A stretch of DNA of 32,000 nt, from NCBI RefSeq assembly GCF_000015145.1, contig NC_008818.1:1050001-1082000 (forward strand). Reading direction: 5' to 3'. The notes under the pieces are model-generated. The model did not search any database and was not told the DNA's origin. It saw only the letters and a program-made list of their open reading frames with translations. A program made the translations under genes and the position numbers. This DNA is from Hyperthermus butylicus DSM 5456 (GTDB lineage: Archaea > Thermoproteota > Thermoprotei_A > Sulfolobales > Pyrodictiaceae). Positions 24,595 to 32,000 of the stretch are shown here, piece by piece. Position 1 is the first letter of the stretch. Each line of letters starts with the position of its first letter.

Positions 24595-26415
24595 TTAGGG
24601 CTTACCCCTACCGCCTCCCTGCTTGCCTACACTTGCTAGAGCCTCCTCTAGGAGCTTACTGGCCTCGTCGTAGAGCTGACCAACCTTCTTCATAAGCTCG
24701 AGCGCCTTAGCCACATTGCCCTCGTAAAGGGCCTTTCTGGCCTCCTCTAGGAGACCTAGGGCCTTCTCAACGAGTTCTTCTGCACTGCCGAGCAGCCGGC
24801 TGTCAGCACCATACATCTTAGCCCTCATAATCTTCATCTGGAGTTCCATAAGCGTTCTGGTAGCATTTGCAACCATCCTCATTAGCTCGCCAACGCCCGG
24901 CGCCTCGCCTAGCTTGTGGAGGTGTAGCGATAGCTTAGTCTCGAGTTCTACTCTGAGCTGCATAGCTTCTATGATAGCCTCGTGTAGCATAGCCTCGATA
25001 GTCTTTAGGGCTGTAAGATTGCCAGCCGCTGCGGCCTCGAGAGCCTCTTCGTATAGTTTCTTGGCCTCATCGACTGTCTGCACGAGCTTCTCGTAGAGCT
25101 TCAGCACCTCCGTTGTATTCGTCTGCATCACCGCATCGCTGAGTGCTGAGACCGCTACAGCCAGCCTATCAAGCATTACTCCGAGCTTCTCTAGTACCAC
25201 CGTCGTGTCAATCGAGGCTGTCACGTTGCCAGCTGCAAGGCCTGGGCCAATGAGGCCCCGAGTCCTAGCTAGCAGGGCTGTGGCAGTAGCAATGTGTCTC
25301 TCGGCCTCAACGGCGTAGGATATTGCTGAGTGGAACTCGTTCCTGGACAGCGCATCGTAGGCCTTGCCTACAAGCTCCTCGGCCCTATCAAGCGCCTCCA
25401 GTGCCCTCTCAACCAGCGCTAGAGCGTTAGCATTGTCCCTTACCTTCTCATGGATGGCTTCGGCCTCTGCACGGAGGACTGTTATACGGGTCTTTAGTGT
25501 TGATAACCAGGCTAGTAGTGCCTCCTTCCTAACCGTCTCGTTGGCAGCTATGTTGGCATGCCCTATCATCATCTTCCCTAGTATCTTGGCATTGAGGAAC
25601 CCTATGTCCTCGCGCAGTCTAATCCTCAGCTCGTCAATTATGTCGGCCACATGGCTCATGTTAAGGTGGCGCGCCCTTGCCCCAATAACCTCTGCTAGAT
25701 GCTCAAGCTTCTCCATAGCTTTGGCCAGTTTTTCAGCAACAACACGCGGGGCTACCGTGTTGTTTGCTTTGAGTCCTGCTGCAAGCATTTTCTTGAGCTG
25801 AACGTTGAGAGCTAATATCTTGGCCGCGCGGAGCTTCAAGGTTAGCTCTCTCAACAGCATCCGGGCCTTGGCCATGTTGCCCTCGGCTAGGGCTTTCCGC
25901 AGCTCTTGTAGCTCATCCTGGTCTACAGCATCCTCGCCCAGCACCTTGGCGAGAACGCTAACTGTGAGCTGCAGCTTCTCAGCAGCCCTCTCCATTATCC
26001 TCTCACGTATCTTCTCAGCCTTCACAGCTGCGATCCTAGATACTGCCCCGGATAGCAGCTTGCACGCTTGATGCGCCTGGCCAGCTAGCTCCTTTAGCTC
26101 CTCCAGGCTCATATTAGCGAGGCTCGCTGGGCCAAGGCTAGCTATCTTCAGTATGAGTTCTGCATCGTTGGCAGATATGTTGAGCTTTGCTGCTATCTCA
26201 TCAGCTGTAGCGCTTAGTAGGCCTAGCCTCTCGAGCCCACTCCTAACCATAAAACTGCAAGCAACAATCTTACCGCGTAGACTTGCAAGCTTAGCAGCAT
26301 CCTCTACTGGCGTCTGGGCCTCCGCTGGCTGCAGCAGCGGCGCTGCAACCGGTACTAGTACAGCTACCACTAGTAGTAGGGCCATGATGGATCCGAGCTT
26401 CTCATGGACCACCAT
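24595..26415 (-). CDS. Secreted, almost entirely alpha-helical coiled-coil protein (~606 aa from the ATG at 26415), rich in N-glycosylation sequons
   Basis: Signal peptide MVVHEKLGSIMALLLVVAVLVPVAAPLLQPAEA-Q. The rest is Ala/Leu/Glu/Lys-rich with heptad-like periodicity, 9 N-x-S/T sequons and no C-terminal TM. The upstream extension to 26493 (MCCQRPRHPP...) looks non-coding. Confidence 0.7.
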   Translation of the reverse strand: MVVHEKLGSIMALLLVVAVLVPVAAPLLQPAEAQTPVEDAAKLASLRGKIVACSFMVRSGLERLGLLSATADEIAAKLNISANDAELILKIASLGPASLANMSLEELKELAGQAHQACKLLSGAVSRIAAVKAEKIRERIMERAAEKLQLTVSVLAKVLGEDAVDQDELQELRKALAEGNMAKARMLLRELTLKLRAAKILALNVQLKKMLAAGLKANNTVAPRVVAEKLAKAMEKLEHLAEVIGARARHLNMSHVADIIDELRIRLREDIGFLNAKILGKMMIGHANIAANETVRKEALLAWLSTLKTRITVLRAEAEAIHEKVRDNANALALVERALEALDRAEELVGKAYDALSRNEFHSAISYAVEAERHIATATALLARTRGLIGPGLAAGNVTASIDTTVVLEKLGVMLDRLAVAVSALSDAVMQTNTTEVLKLYEKLVQTVDEAKKLYEEALEAAAAGNLTALKTIEAMLHEAIIEAMQLRVELETKLSLHLHKLGEAPGVGELMRMVANATRTLMELQMKIMRAKMYGADSRLLGSAEELVEKALGLLEEARKALYEGNVAKALELMKKVGQLYDEASKLLEEALASVGKQGGGRGKP

Positions 26416-26581
26416 ACCGGGCACCCCACCCGGGCTGACCTGTCTGGGGGTCTGGTTCTGATAAGGGGGGTGCCTGGGACGCTGGCAGCACATGTTTCGT
26501 TTGTTTCTGGAACAACCTGTTCAGCTTATGCAAAACTACACCATGTGCTAGGCTTATATGAGTCTCTTCGCCTAGCCAGCC

Positions 26582-27544
26582 TTGACCGGGGTGGCTGGAG
26601 CTGTGCGCTTTGTCTGGCTAGCCGTAGTGGCTGTTGTCTTGCTAATATTTGGCTTTGCCGTGGCAACTGTGGGGCAGGCTGAGCCCTCTATAGTGGTGAC
26701 AGTGCACTCTGACGGCACGGTGACTGTTGCTGTTAGGGCGCTAGTTGAGCCTGGGCTTAACGAGTTACCCGCACCGGTTGAGGCTATACCTGCAACAATC
26801 GAGGCAATGATTGATAATGTGGAGGTGCCCGCGATATATCATAACGGCTCTATCTACATCGCCTCGGACAGTAGCGCTACTGCAACCGTGACATACATAG
26901 CGAATGTAACCATGTCCGACGGTATTCTAGAGTTCTACATCAACTATAGTGGGGTGTATGAATTGCACATAGAGCCAGGCATAGTAACGCTAACACTACC
27001 CGAGAATATTCTTGGAGCAGACATCGTTAACGATACACTCGTACTGCTTGTCTCCGGACCCGCCGAGGTAAGATACGTGATCGTACCAGCCGAGGAGTCG
27101 ACAGGTGGGGAGGCGGCGGGGACTGCTAGCCAGCCAGCAGAGACTAGCGAGACGCAGCAGCCCAGCGAGCAGCCCACCCCCACCAGGGAGGAAGAGGAGT
27201 CCAGCACACTGCTATGGGTTGCTGTGGTTGTCGCTGCGGCAGCCGTAGCTGCTGCCATTCTTGTGCTAGCTAGGCGCGGAGGGAGCAGTGAAGGAGGCAG
27301 CTCGTCCCCTACGATGGTATCTGCAGTCCTCGATGATACCGACAAGCTGATACTCAAAAGACTGCAGGAGGCCGGCGGCTCAATGTTACAGAGCGAGCTA
27401 CAGAGGGCTACCGGGCTCCCCAAGACGACACTCTGGAGGCATGTGAGGAGGCTGGCTGAGCTAGGCTACGTGAGAATCGAGAAGGAAGGTAAGGCTAACA
27501 GGGTCATACTGGTAAAGGAGCTGGAGGATGCTGAGGCCCCGTAG
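26582..27544 (+). CDS. Single-pass membrane protein: signal peptide, beta-rich ectodomain, acidic S/T/P/E linker, TM helix and a cytoplasmic C-terminal winged-helix DNA-binding domain
   Basis: Signal peptide (VRFVWLAVVAVVLLIFGFAVATVGQA-EP). Linker GEAAGTASQPAETSETQQPSEQPTPTREEEESS. TM helix LLWVAVVVAAAAVAAAILVLA followed by RRGG. C-terminal wHTH LILKRLQEAGGSMLQSELQRATGLPKTTLWRHVRRLAELGYVRIEKEGKANRV. Confidence 0.7.
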   Translation: MTGVAGAVRFVWLAVVAVVLLIFGFAVATVGQAEPSIVVTVHSDGTVTVAVRALVEPGLNELPAPVEAIPATIEAMIDNVEVPAIYHNGSIYIASDSSATATVTYIANVTMSDGILEFYINYSGVYELHIEPGIVTLTLPENILGADIVNDTLVLLVSGPAEVRYVIVPAEESTGGEAAGTASQPAETSETQQPSEQPTPTREEEESSTLLWVAVVVAAAAVAAAILVLARRGGSSEGGSSSPTMVSAVLDDTDKLILKRLQEAGGSMLQSELQRATGLPKTTLWRHVRRLAELGYVRIEKEGKANRVILVKELEDAEAP

Positions 27545-27705
27545 GGACATAACATTGGCGATACCGAGCAACAGTAAAACGTGTTTACGGGTTTGTAGCT
27601 TCTTTGGGGTCAACATAGACAGCCACATCGTACTATTGCCATGTACACGGTTTTACTACCATGGTTCCACTAGCTTGGCCTTACACCCTCCAGCTTCAAA
27701 GCTAT

Positions 27706-29073
27706 CTACGGCTTGTTTTTTGCAAGATAGTTTACCGGCCGTCCAACAGCCACTTCAGCTGCCAGCGCTATTGCCTCAGATATTGACGGATGCGGGTGGA
27801 TTAGGTCTGCTAGCTCTTCCACTGTGACACCCCTCTCCACGGCTAGAGCTGCTTCCCCCGCCACCTCGCTAGCGCCATGAGCAGCAAGGTGTAAGCCTAG
27901 GACCCTCCCGCTACTAGCATCATAGACTATCTTTGCAACACCATATTCGGCACCCTTGATCACCGCCATGGAGATTGCGCCTAGCCTTATGCGTGCCTCC
28001 TGCGCGTTGTAGCCCCTCCTCCGAGCCTCATCCAGCGTGTAACCCACCTGTACAGCTTCAAGCCCTGTATAGACCACTAGAGGTATAGCCTTGGGGCTCC
28101 ATTTCCTCTCCTCGCCGGATACGTTGAGTCCCACCGTGACTGCCTGGGAGTACGCCTTGTGGGCGAGTAGAGGCGGCCCTGCTACATCACCAGAGGCGTA
28201 GACATCCTTTGCAGCCCTGAGGTACTCGTCAACAATAATGTAGCCCTTCTCGTCAAGCTTAACACCAAGAACATCAAGACCTAGACCACTAGTTGCGGGA
28301 CGGCGGCCCGTGGCAACAACTACAATGTCAGCCTTGATCCTGTCGCCGCTTGAGAGAACAACCTCCACGCCGTTGGCTAGTTTTTCGAGTCTACCGATAG
28401 TAGTCTTCGTGTGTAGTTTTACACCTATGCTGCGCAGGTACCGGGCTACAGCCCGAGAGAGGTCGACATCCATGAATGGTAGTATGCGGTCGAGAACTTC
28501 TACGAGGTGTACCTCGGCGCCAAGTCTGGCAAATAGATCCGCGTACTCGACCCCTGCTGGGCCTCCACCGACAACAACGACTTTCGAGGGCTCACCATCG
28601 TAGCTCAGTATCGTACGATTATCATGGACTAGCTTGCCGTCAGGCTCTAGGCCGGGAGGATAACCGGGATCGGTGCCAGTAGCGATAACGAGTTTCTCGT
28701 ATTCCACATCTCCGTAGCCTTCAACGTGTACTACACCAGGTGCACGGATCTTCGCGCGACCACGTATGACTGCGACACCGTAGCCTTCAAGCACCGTCTC
28801 GATGCCCGACCTAACCCGCTGGGACACCTTCAACGCATACTCTAGGGCCTCGCGGAACCTCTTGTCTACGCTAAAGCCGCGGCTAAGCACGGCAGCAATC
28901 TCGGATGCCTTCGAGAGCATGGCCTTAACTGGGATACAGGCATAATTCGCACACTCGCCGCCGAGTAGGCGGGCCTCGACAACAGCCGTCTTTAGACCAC
29001 GCTGGGCAGCAACAACCGCTGCTGGATAACCACCAAAACCTCCACCTATGACTAGGAGGTCGAAGCGCGGCAA
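27706..29073 (-). CDS. Dihydrolipoamide dehydrogenase-like flavoprotein disulfide reductase (class I pyridine nucleotide-disulfide oxidoreductase)
   Basis: FAD GxGxxG (IGGGFGGYPAA), redox disulfide GGECANYACIPVK, NAD GxGxxG (VVGGGPAGVEYA), ATGRRP, YASGDVAG, and the C-terminal dimer-interface HPHPSISEA. Starts at a TTG. No E1/E2 genes are adjacent. Confidence 0.8.
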   Translation of the reverse strand: MPRFDLLVIGGGFGGYPAAVVAAQRGLKTAVVEARLLGGECANYACIPVKAMLSKASEIAAVLSRGFSVDKRFREALEYALKVSQRVRSGIETVLEGYGVAVIRGRAKIRAPGVVHVEGYGDVEYEKLVIATGTDPGYPPGLEPDGKLVHDNRTILSYDGEPSKVVVVGGGPAGVEYADLFARLGAEVHLVEVLDRILPFMDVDLSRAVARYLRSIGVKLHTKTTIGRLEKLANGVEVVLSSGDRIKADIVVVATGRRPATSGLGLDVLGVKLDEKGYIIVDEYLRAAKDVYASGDVAGPPLLAHKAYSQAVTVGLNVSGEERKWSPKAIPLVVYTGLEAVQVGYTLDEARRRGYNAQEARIRLGAISMAVIKGAEYGVAKIVYDASSGRVLGLHLAAHGASEVAGEAALAVERGVTVEELADLIHPHPSISEAIALAAEVAVGRPVNYLAKNKP

Positions 29074-29358
29074 GGGGTTCTGAACCCGGGAACTAAACCT
29101 AGGGGTTTGAGGCTACAAAACTACTAGCTTGCAGAGGATAGGGGCAGGTGGGTCAGCCTAGGTGTTGCACCGCATCCCCCACACCTTGGGGGTCGGCCTC
29201 GGCTGTACTCAGCAGCCCCAGGATTAGATGACTGTTTAGCAGCTAAGGGTTATGGTTTACGGGCTACATGTTAGCCCAAACCACCATACTTGGCTGTAGC
29301 GTGGCAGCCTCCATGTTTCACGCCGCCTATTCTGTCGGGATAGGCGCCTAAAACACAT

Positions 29359-30471
29359 TTAGGCTACTATTCTTGCTGCCCCGTAAAGCGCTGCTGCATA
29401 GGCTAGGAGAGCTATTGTACTCTGCATGGGCCATAGCGCAGCAGCTACTAGAGCTAGCGCTAGTGGTACTAGTCTGTAGGCTCTGCGGTGCCCTGTACCG
29501 AGGATTACCGGGAGCATCATGGGGGCGTGTATAAGCACATGCACCGTGATGAAGCCAAGGGTGTAGGTGTGGAGTACACAGAACAAGCTACAGTAGCCCA
29601 TAGCATAGAGTGCCGTGTACACTGCCACGAGGATGGAGGAGGCTGCGGCAAAGTAATGGCCCTTTAGGAAATACTCCTGCGCTAGCCGTGCTGCTGTGCC
29701 CGGCTTCAGCCTATCCATAGCCTGGGAGAGGTATCTCGGGACGCGGTAGATTCTTGCAGCATAGGGGTAAACGAGGGTTCCGAGCGCAGTCACAGCCAGG
29801 CCGGCCCGGAACTCCATGCGTAGAAGTAGAGCTGCAGCCAGAGCATTGAGTAATGGAAGGGCCAACGCCACCAGCTTCGAGGGCTTGTCCCGGTAGGTTG
29901 CGGGAAGCGAGTGCACCGTAACAGCATAGATCAGCGTGACCGGGTAAGCTATAGTGAGCACGAGAGCGAGCAACACCAAGCCGCCAGGCTTGCCCAGACT
30001 AAGCCAGGCCAGGGCTGCACCACCCGCCAAAGCGTAGGACGCCGATACCAGGAGAAGGCTGAGACCAACACTACCCCCGTCAACCCGGTTCGAGGCGAGA
30101 AACGCTGTTAGGGAGGACACGGCAGTCACACCAACAACTGCCAACACGGCGGTCTCAACACTAAGCCATAGCCCCATAAACACAGCCAACACATAGGCTG
30201 GAGCACTCAGCGCCATACAAGCAAGGCATAGCTTGACCACGAAGCTGCTTACCCGCACAGCGCCAGAAGCGACATAAGCTACAGCTACAGCGTGGGGAAA
30301 GAGCATCAACACACCAAACAACATGAGGTACATATGGACGTGAACCTGGCCTAAAACCAGCAACAACAACCCCGCAACGAGGTAGACAAGACTGGCCACA
30401 ACACCGATACGGGTGCACGTCTTCACAACAACGGTGGTTATGGCTGAAGGCATTCTCTCTAGGCCGGGCAC
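29359..30471 (-). CDS. Polytopic His-rich membrane protein (10-12 TM), tentatively NnrS-like
   Basis: 370 aa, almost entirely hydrophobic helices. HVHMYLMLFG resembles the NnrS motif H-x-H-E-M-x-F-G, and LHTYTLGFITVHVLIHAPMMLPVILGTGHRR resembles the NnrS C-terminal H...G...H..GR region. The family assignment is from memory only. Confidence 0.5.
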   Translation of the reverse strand: MPGLERMPSAITTVVVKTCTRIGVVASLVYLVAGLLLLVLGQVHVHMYLMLFGVLMLFPHAVAVAYVASGAVRVSSFVVKLCLACMALSAPAYVLAVFMGLWLSVETAVLAVVGVTAVSSLTAFLASNRVDGGSVGLSLLLVSASYALAGGAALAWLSLGKPGGLVLLALVLTIAYPVTLIYAVTVHSLPATYRDKPSKLVALALPLLNALAAALLLRMEFRAGLAVTALGTLVYPYAARIYRVPRYLSQAMDRLKPGTAARLAQEYFLKGHYFAAASSILVAVYTALYAMGYCSLFCVLHTYTLGFITVHVLIHAPMMLPVILGTGHRRAYRLVPLALALVAAALWPMQSTIALLAYAAALYGAARIVA

Positions 30472-30943
30472 CGGGACTGCAGCCTAGAGGATAAGTCTAG
30501 TTGGCCGCACAAGACAGGCTGGGCTATGACTGTAACAGTCTAAGCTCACCCCCACACTTAGCCAGGTCTACCCCGGCTACATAACCCTGGAGCAAGGAAC
30601 CGTCGGTACCTGCAAGCACCCCAACCTATTGTCGGTCATCCTGCCTGGAGCACCAATAACTGTACGGGGCATCCTATTATGCGCTGGGTCTGCAAGGTAG
30701 CCTAGGAGGTGTAGCGTCTCCCCAAGCTCTAGACCCCGCTTCCCCGCAGCTCTACGGGGTTCCAGGATGAAGCCCAGCTGGTACATCGTGCAGTCTGGTT
30801 GTTCTCCTCACACGAGCAAAATGTAGGCTAATGCTACAAAACATGAAGACCCAGATCCAGATATGGTATGTGACGACACATAATGTGTGTCGGGGCGTTT
30901 TGCGGGCTAGTTTTATGTGTTAGTTGTTGCATATTAAATAGTC

Positions 30944-31303
30944 TTGGGTGGGTTGTCTGTGCCTACTGTTTCGATAAAAGTTATACCTATTGGTGTTGGG
31001 CCAAGTCTCTCCAGGTATATTGCTCGGGTTGTTGCACTGCTTGAGGCTAAGGGGTATAAGCCCCTGGTGACTCCCGATACGACTGTTATCCAGGTCAATG
31101 ATGTTAGTGAGATCGGGCCCCTGGTCAGGATGATCCATGACGAGCTTTACAGCATGGGTGTAGCTAGGGTGCTTACCATTATTATGATTGATGAGAGGAG
31201 GGATGTTGCTGAGGCTCCGCCTCAGGCTGCTGTTGAGAAGGTGCTTGCCCGGCTGCAGGAGGAGCGTAAGAAGTTTACGCGCGACGTGCACGGCGTGATC
31301 TAG
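30944..31303 (+). CDS. MTH1187/YkoF-family (UPF0045, thiamine-binding-like) small protein
   Basis: VSIKVIPIGVGPSLSRYIARVVALLEAKGYKPLVTPDTTVIQV...DELYSMGVARVLTIIMIDERRD matches the family pattern (isv.P.g.g.s.s.yva..i..l...g..y...pmgT.ie......he.....G..Rv.t.ikiD.R.d). A TATA-like atattaaata at 30929-30940 suggests a near-leaderless start at the GTG at 30959. Confidence 0.7.
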   Translation: MGGLSVPTVSIKVIPIGVGPSLSRYIARVVALLEAKGYKPLVTPDTTVIQVNDVSEIGPLVRMIHDELYSMGVARVLTIIMIDERRDVAEAPPQAAVEKVLARLQEERKKFTRDVHGVI

Positions 31304-32000
31304 TGTTTTGTCTTGGGGAGCAGGTAGTAGGTGTTATTGTACTGCAGTAGCCTAGCCTCACCTCCGATCTCTATCCTACCCTCTATCTTTACCCTTGACC
31401 TTGGGAGTTCCTCGTAGTTGTATGCTCCGTCAAGATACTGTATGTGTATCCAGCCGAGCTCCACGGCTGCTACTATGACGGGGTGTTCTTCTATATCTGG
31501 CTTTTTCAGCTTCTTCCATGCCTCTTCCACTGTTAGCCGGTGCTGGCGTCGGGTGCCGAGCCTGCGTATGTGTACATAGCCGTTTGCTATGCGCTCCACT
31601 ATTGCTAGTGATCCGTTGTAATCTACGAGGCTTCCCTCCCTGAAGAATGGGAGCCGTACGGATAGCGTGAGCCGCGAGAATCGTTTGCCGTCGCTCCTCC
31701 TGCCGACGACCTTGTGGCTCTCCTTGACCATTGCTGCCATCTGGCTCCTCATCTTTGCCGCTAGGTGCCTTGCAAGGTTTGCATCCAACATCTTATAGTC
31801 TATACCCTCCCTCAGCTCCTCAACAGAGATTATCGCGTCTACCACACCTGGCATTGTCTGCACCATGTCCTCTACCGCTACTCGGTCCTCCTCGCTTAGT
31901 CTTCCATCGTAGCCTCGTATCTGGACTATTGCCGCTGGCGTCCCAGCCGCACGCTGGAAGCACGCTGGGCACAGCTGCTTCTTCGTCTCGAGAGCTACAG
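31300..32000 (-). CDS. NMD3-like (ribosomal large-subunit export/maturation factor homologue) protein. The N-terminus lies outside the window.
   Basis: The frame stays open upstream of the M at 31866 to the window edge (...ETKKQLCPACFQRAAGTPAAIVQIRGYDGRLSEEDRVAVEDMVQTMPG...). C-x2-C followed by A-x-V-Q-x-R and later GIDY...A..LA resembles the NMD3 N-terminal domain. The CDS is certain; the function is moderately supported. Confidence 0.6.
   Translation of the reverse strand, partial: VALETKKQLCPACFQRAAGTPAAIVQIRGYDGRLSEEDRVAVEDMVQTMPGVVDAIISVEELREGIDYKMLDANLARHLAAKMRSQMAAMVKESHKVVGRRSDGKRFSRLTLSVRLPFFREGSLVDYNGSLAIVERIANGYVHIRRLGTRRQHRLTVEEAWKKLKKPDIEEHPVIVAAVELGWIHIQYLDGAYNYEELPRSRVKIEGRIEIGGEARLLQYNNTYYLLPKTKH

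Noticed and set aside
24914-26461. Several long plus-strand ORFs (60-145 aa: 24914-25096, 25364-25801, 25805-26071, 26153-26461) antisense to the coiled-coil gene
   Set aside because: They are Ser/Ala/Leu-rich low-complexity translations. This is what the reverse complement of a GC-rich Ala/Leu/Glu/Lys-encoding gene typically gives. They have no motifs and no independent start context, and the minus-strand protein is coherent over its whole length.
27528-27827. 99-aa plus-strand ORF spanning the convergent spacer and the 3' end of the Lpd-like gene
   Set aside because: It overlaps the well-supported minus-strand Lpd-like gene in antisense and starts inside the preceding gene. The translation has no motifs.
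30577-30786. 69-aa minus-strand ORF
   Set aside because: It has no motif, no obvious ribosome-binding or promoter context, and a Gly/Arg/Pro-rich composition typical of chance ORFs in GC-rich DNA. It is left uncalled and noted under the spacer finding.

Overview
This is a densely coding, GC-rich archaeal chromosome segment. The gene content looks like a hyperthermophilic crenarchaeon: archaeal-type UMP kinase, QueC plus a small QueF-like protein, a Thg1-like protein, an NMD3-like protein, and a tRNA-Ala with encoded CCA. Nt 1-12.4 kb hold housekeeping genes: a GlmU-like nucleotidyltransferase (5' partial), pyrH, an ACT-MgtE fusion, an endonuclease-IV-like TIM barrel, an M48-type membrane protease, small hypotheticals, a class-I aminotransferase, queC, a queF-like gene, a Thg1-like gene and tRNA-Ala(UGC). 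Directly after the tRNA comes a visibly AT-rich islet of about 2.1 kb (12.43-14.54 kb). It contains only broken or short ORFs, including a PD-(D/E)xK (NucS/DUF91-like) nuclease core, and about 800 nt of ORF-free DNA with short repeats. Next is a complete Tat-exported, membrane-anchored FDH-N-type formate dehydrogenase operon: an unusually long 1266-aa FdnG-like Cys-type catalytic subunit, FdnH, FdnI, FdhD, FdhE and a tiny coupled ORF. Nt 22.2-27.5 kb is a cell-envelope-looking cluster. It has a frameshifted secreted beta-propeller protein, a wHTH+2TM protein with no canonical start codon, a sequon-rich secreted coiled-coil protein of about 600 aa, and a signal-peptide/ectodomain/TM/cytoplasmic-wHTH protein. 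The window ends with an Lpd-like flavoprotein disulfide reductase, a His-rich polytopic membrane protein (tentatively NnrS-like), an MTH1187/YkoF-family protein and a partial NMD3-like gene. I saw no rRNA, CRISPR array or intact transposase/integrase. All calls come from reading the sequence and ORF translations by eye and are motif-based. No database search, folding or composition calculation was run, so GC statements are visual estimates. The best candidates for something new are the tRNA-linked AT-rich islet with the broken nuclease gene, and the coiled-coil plus dual membrane-tethered wHTH plus beta-propeller cluster.
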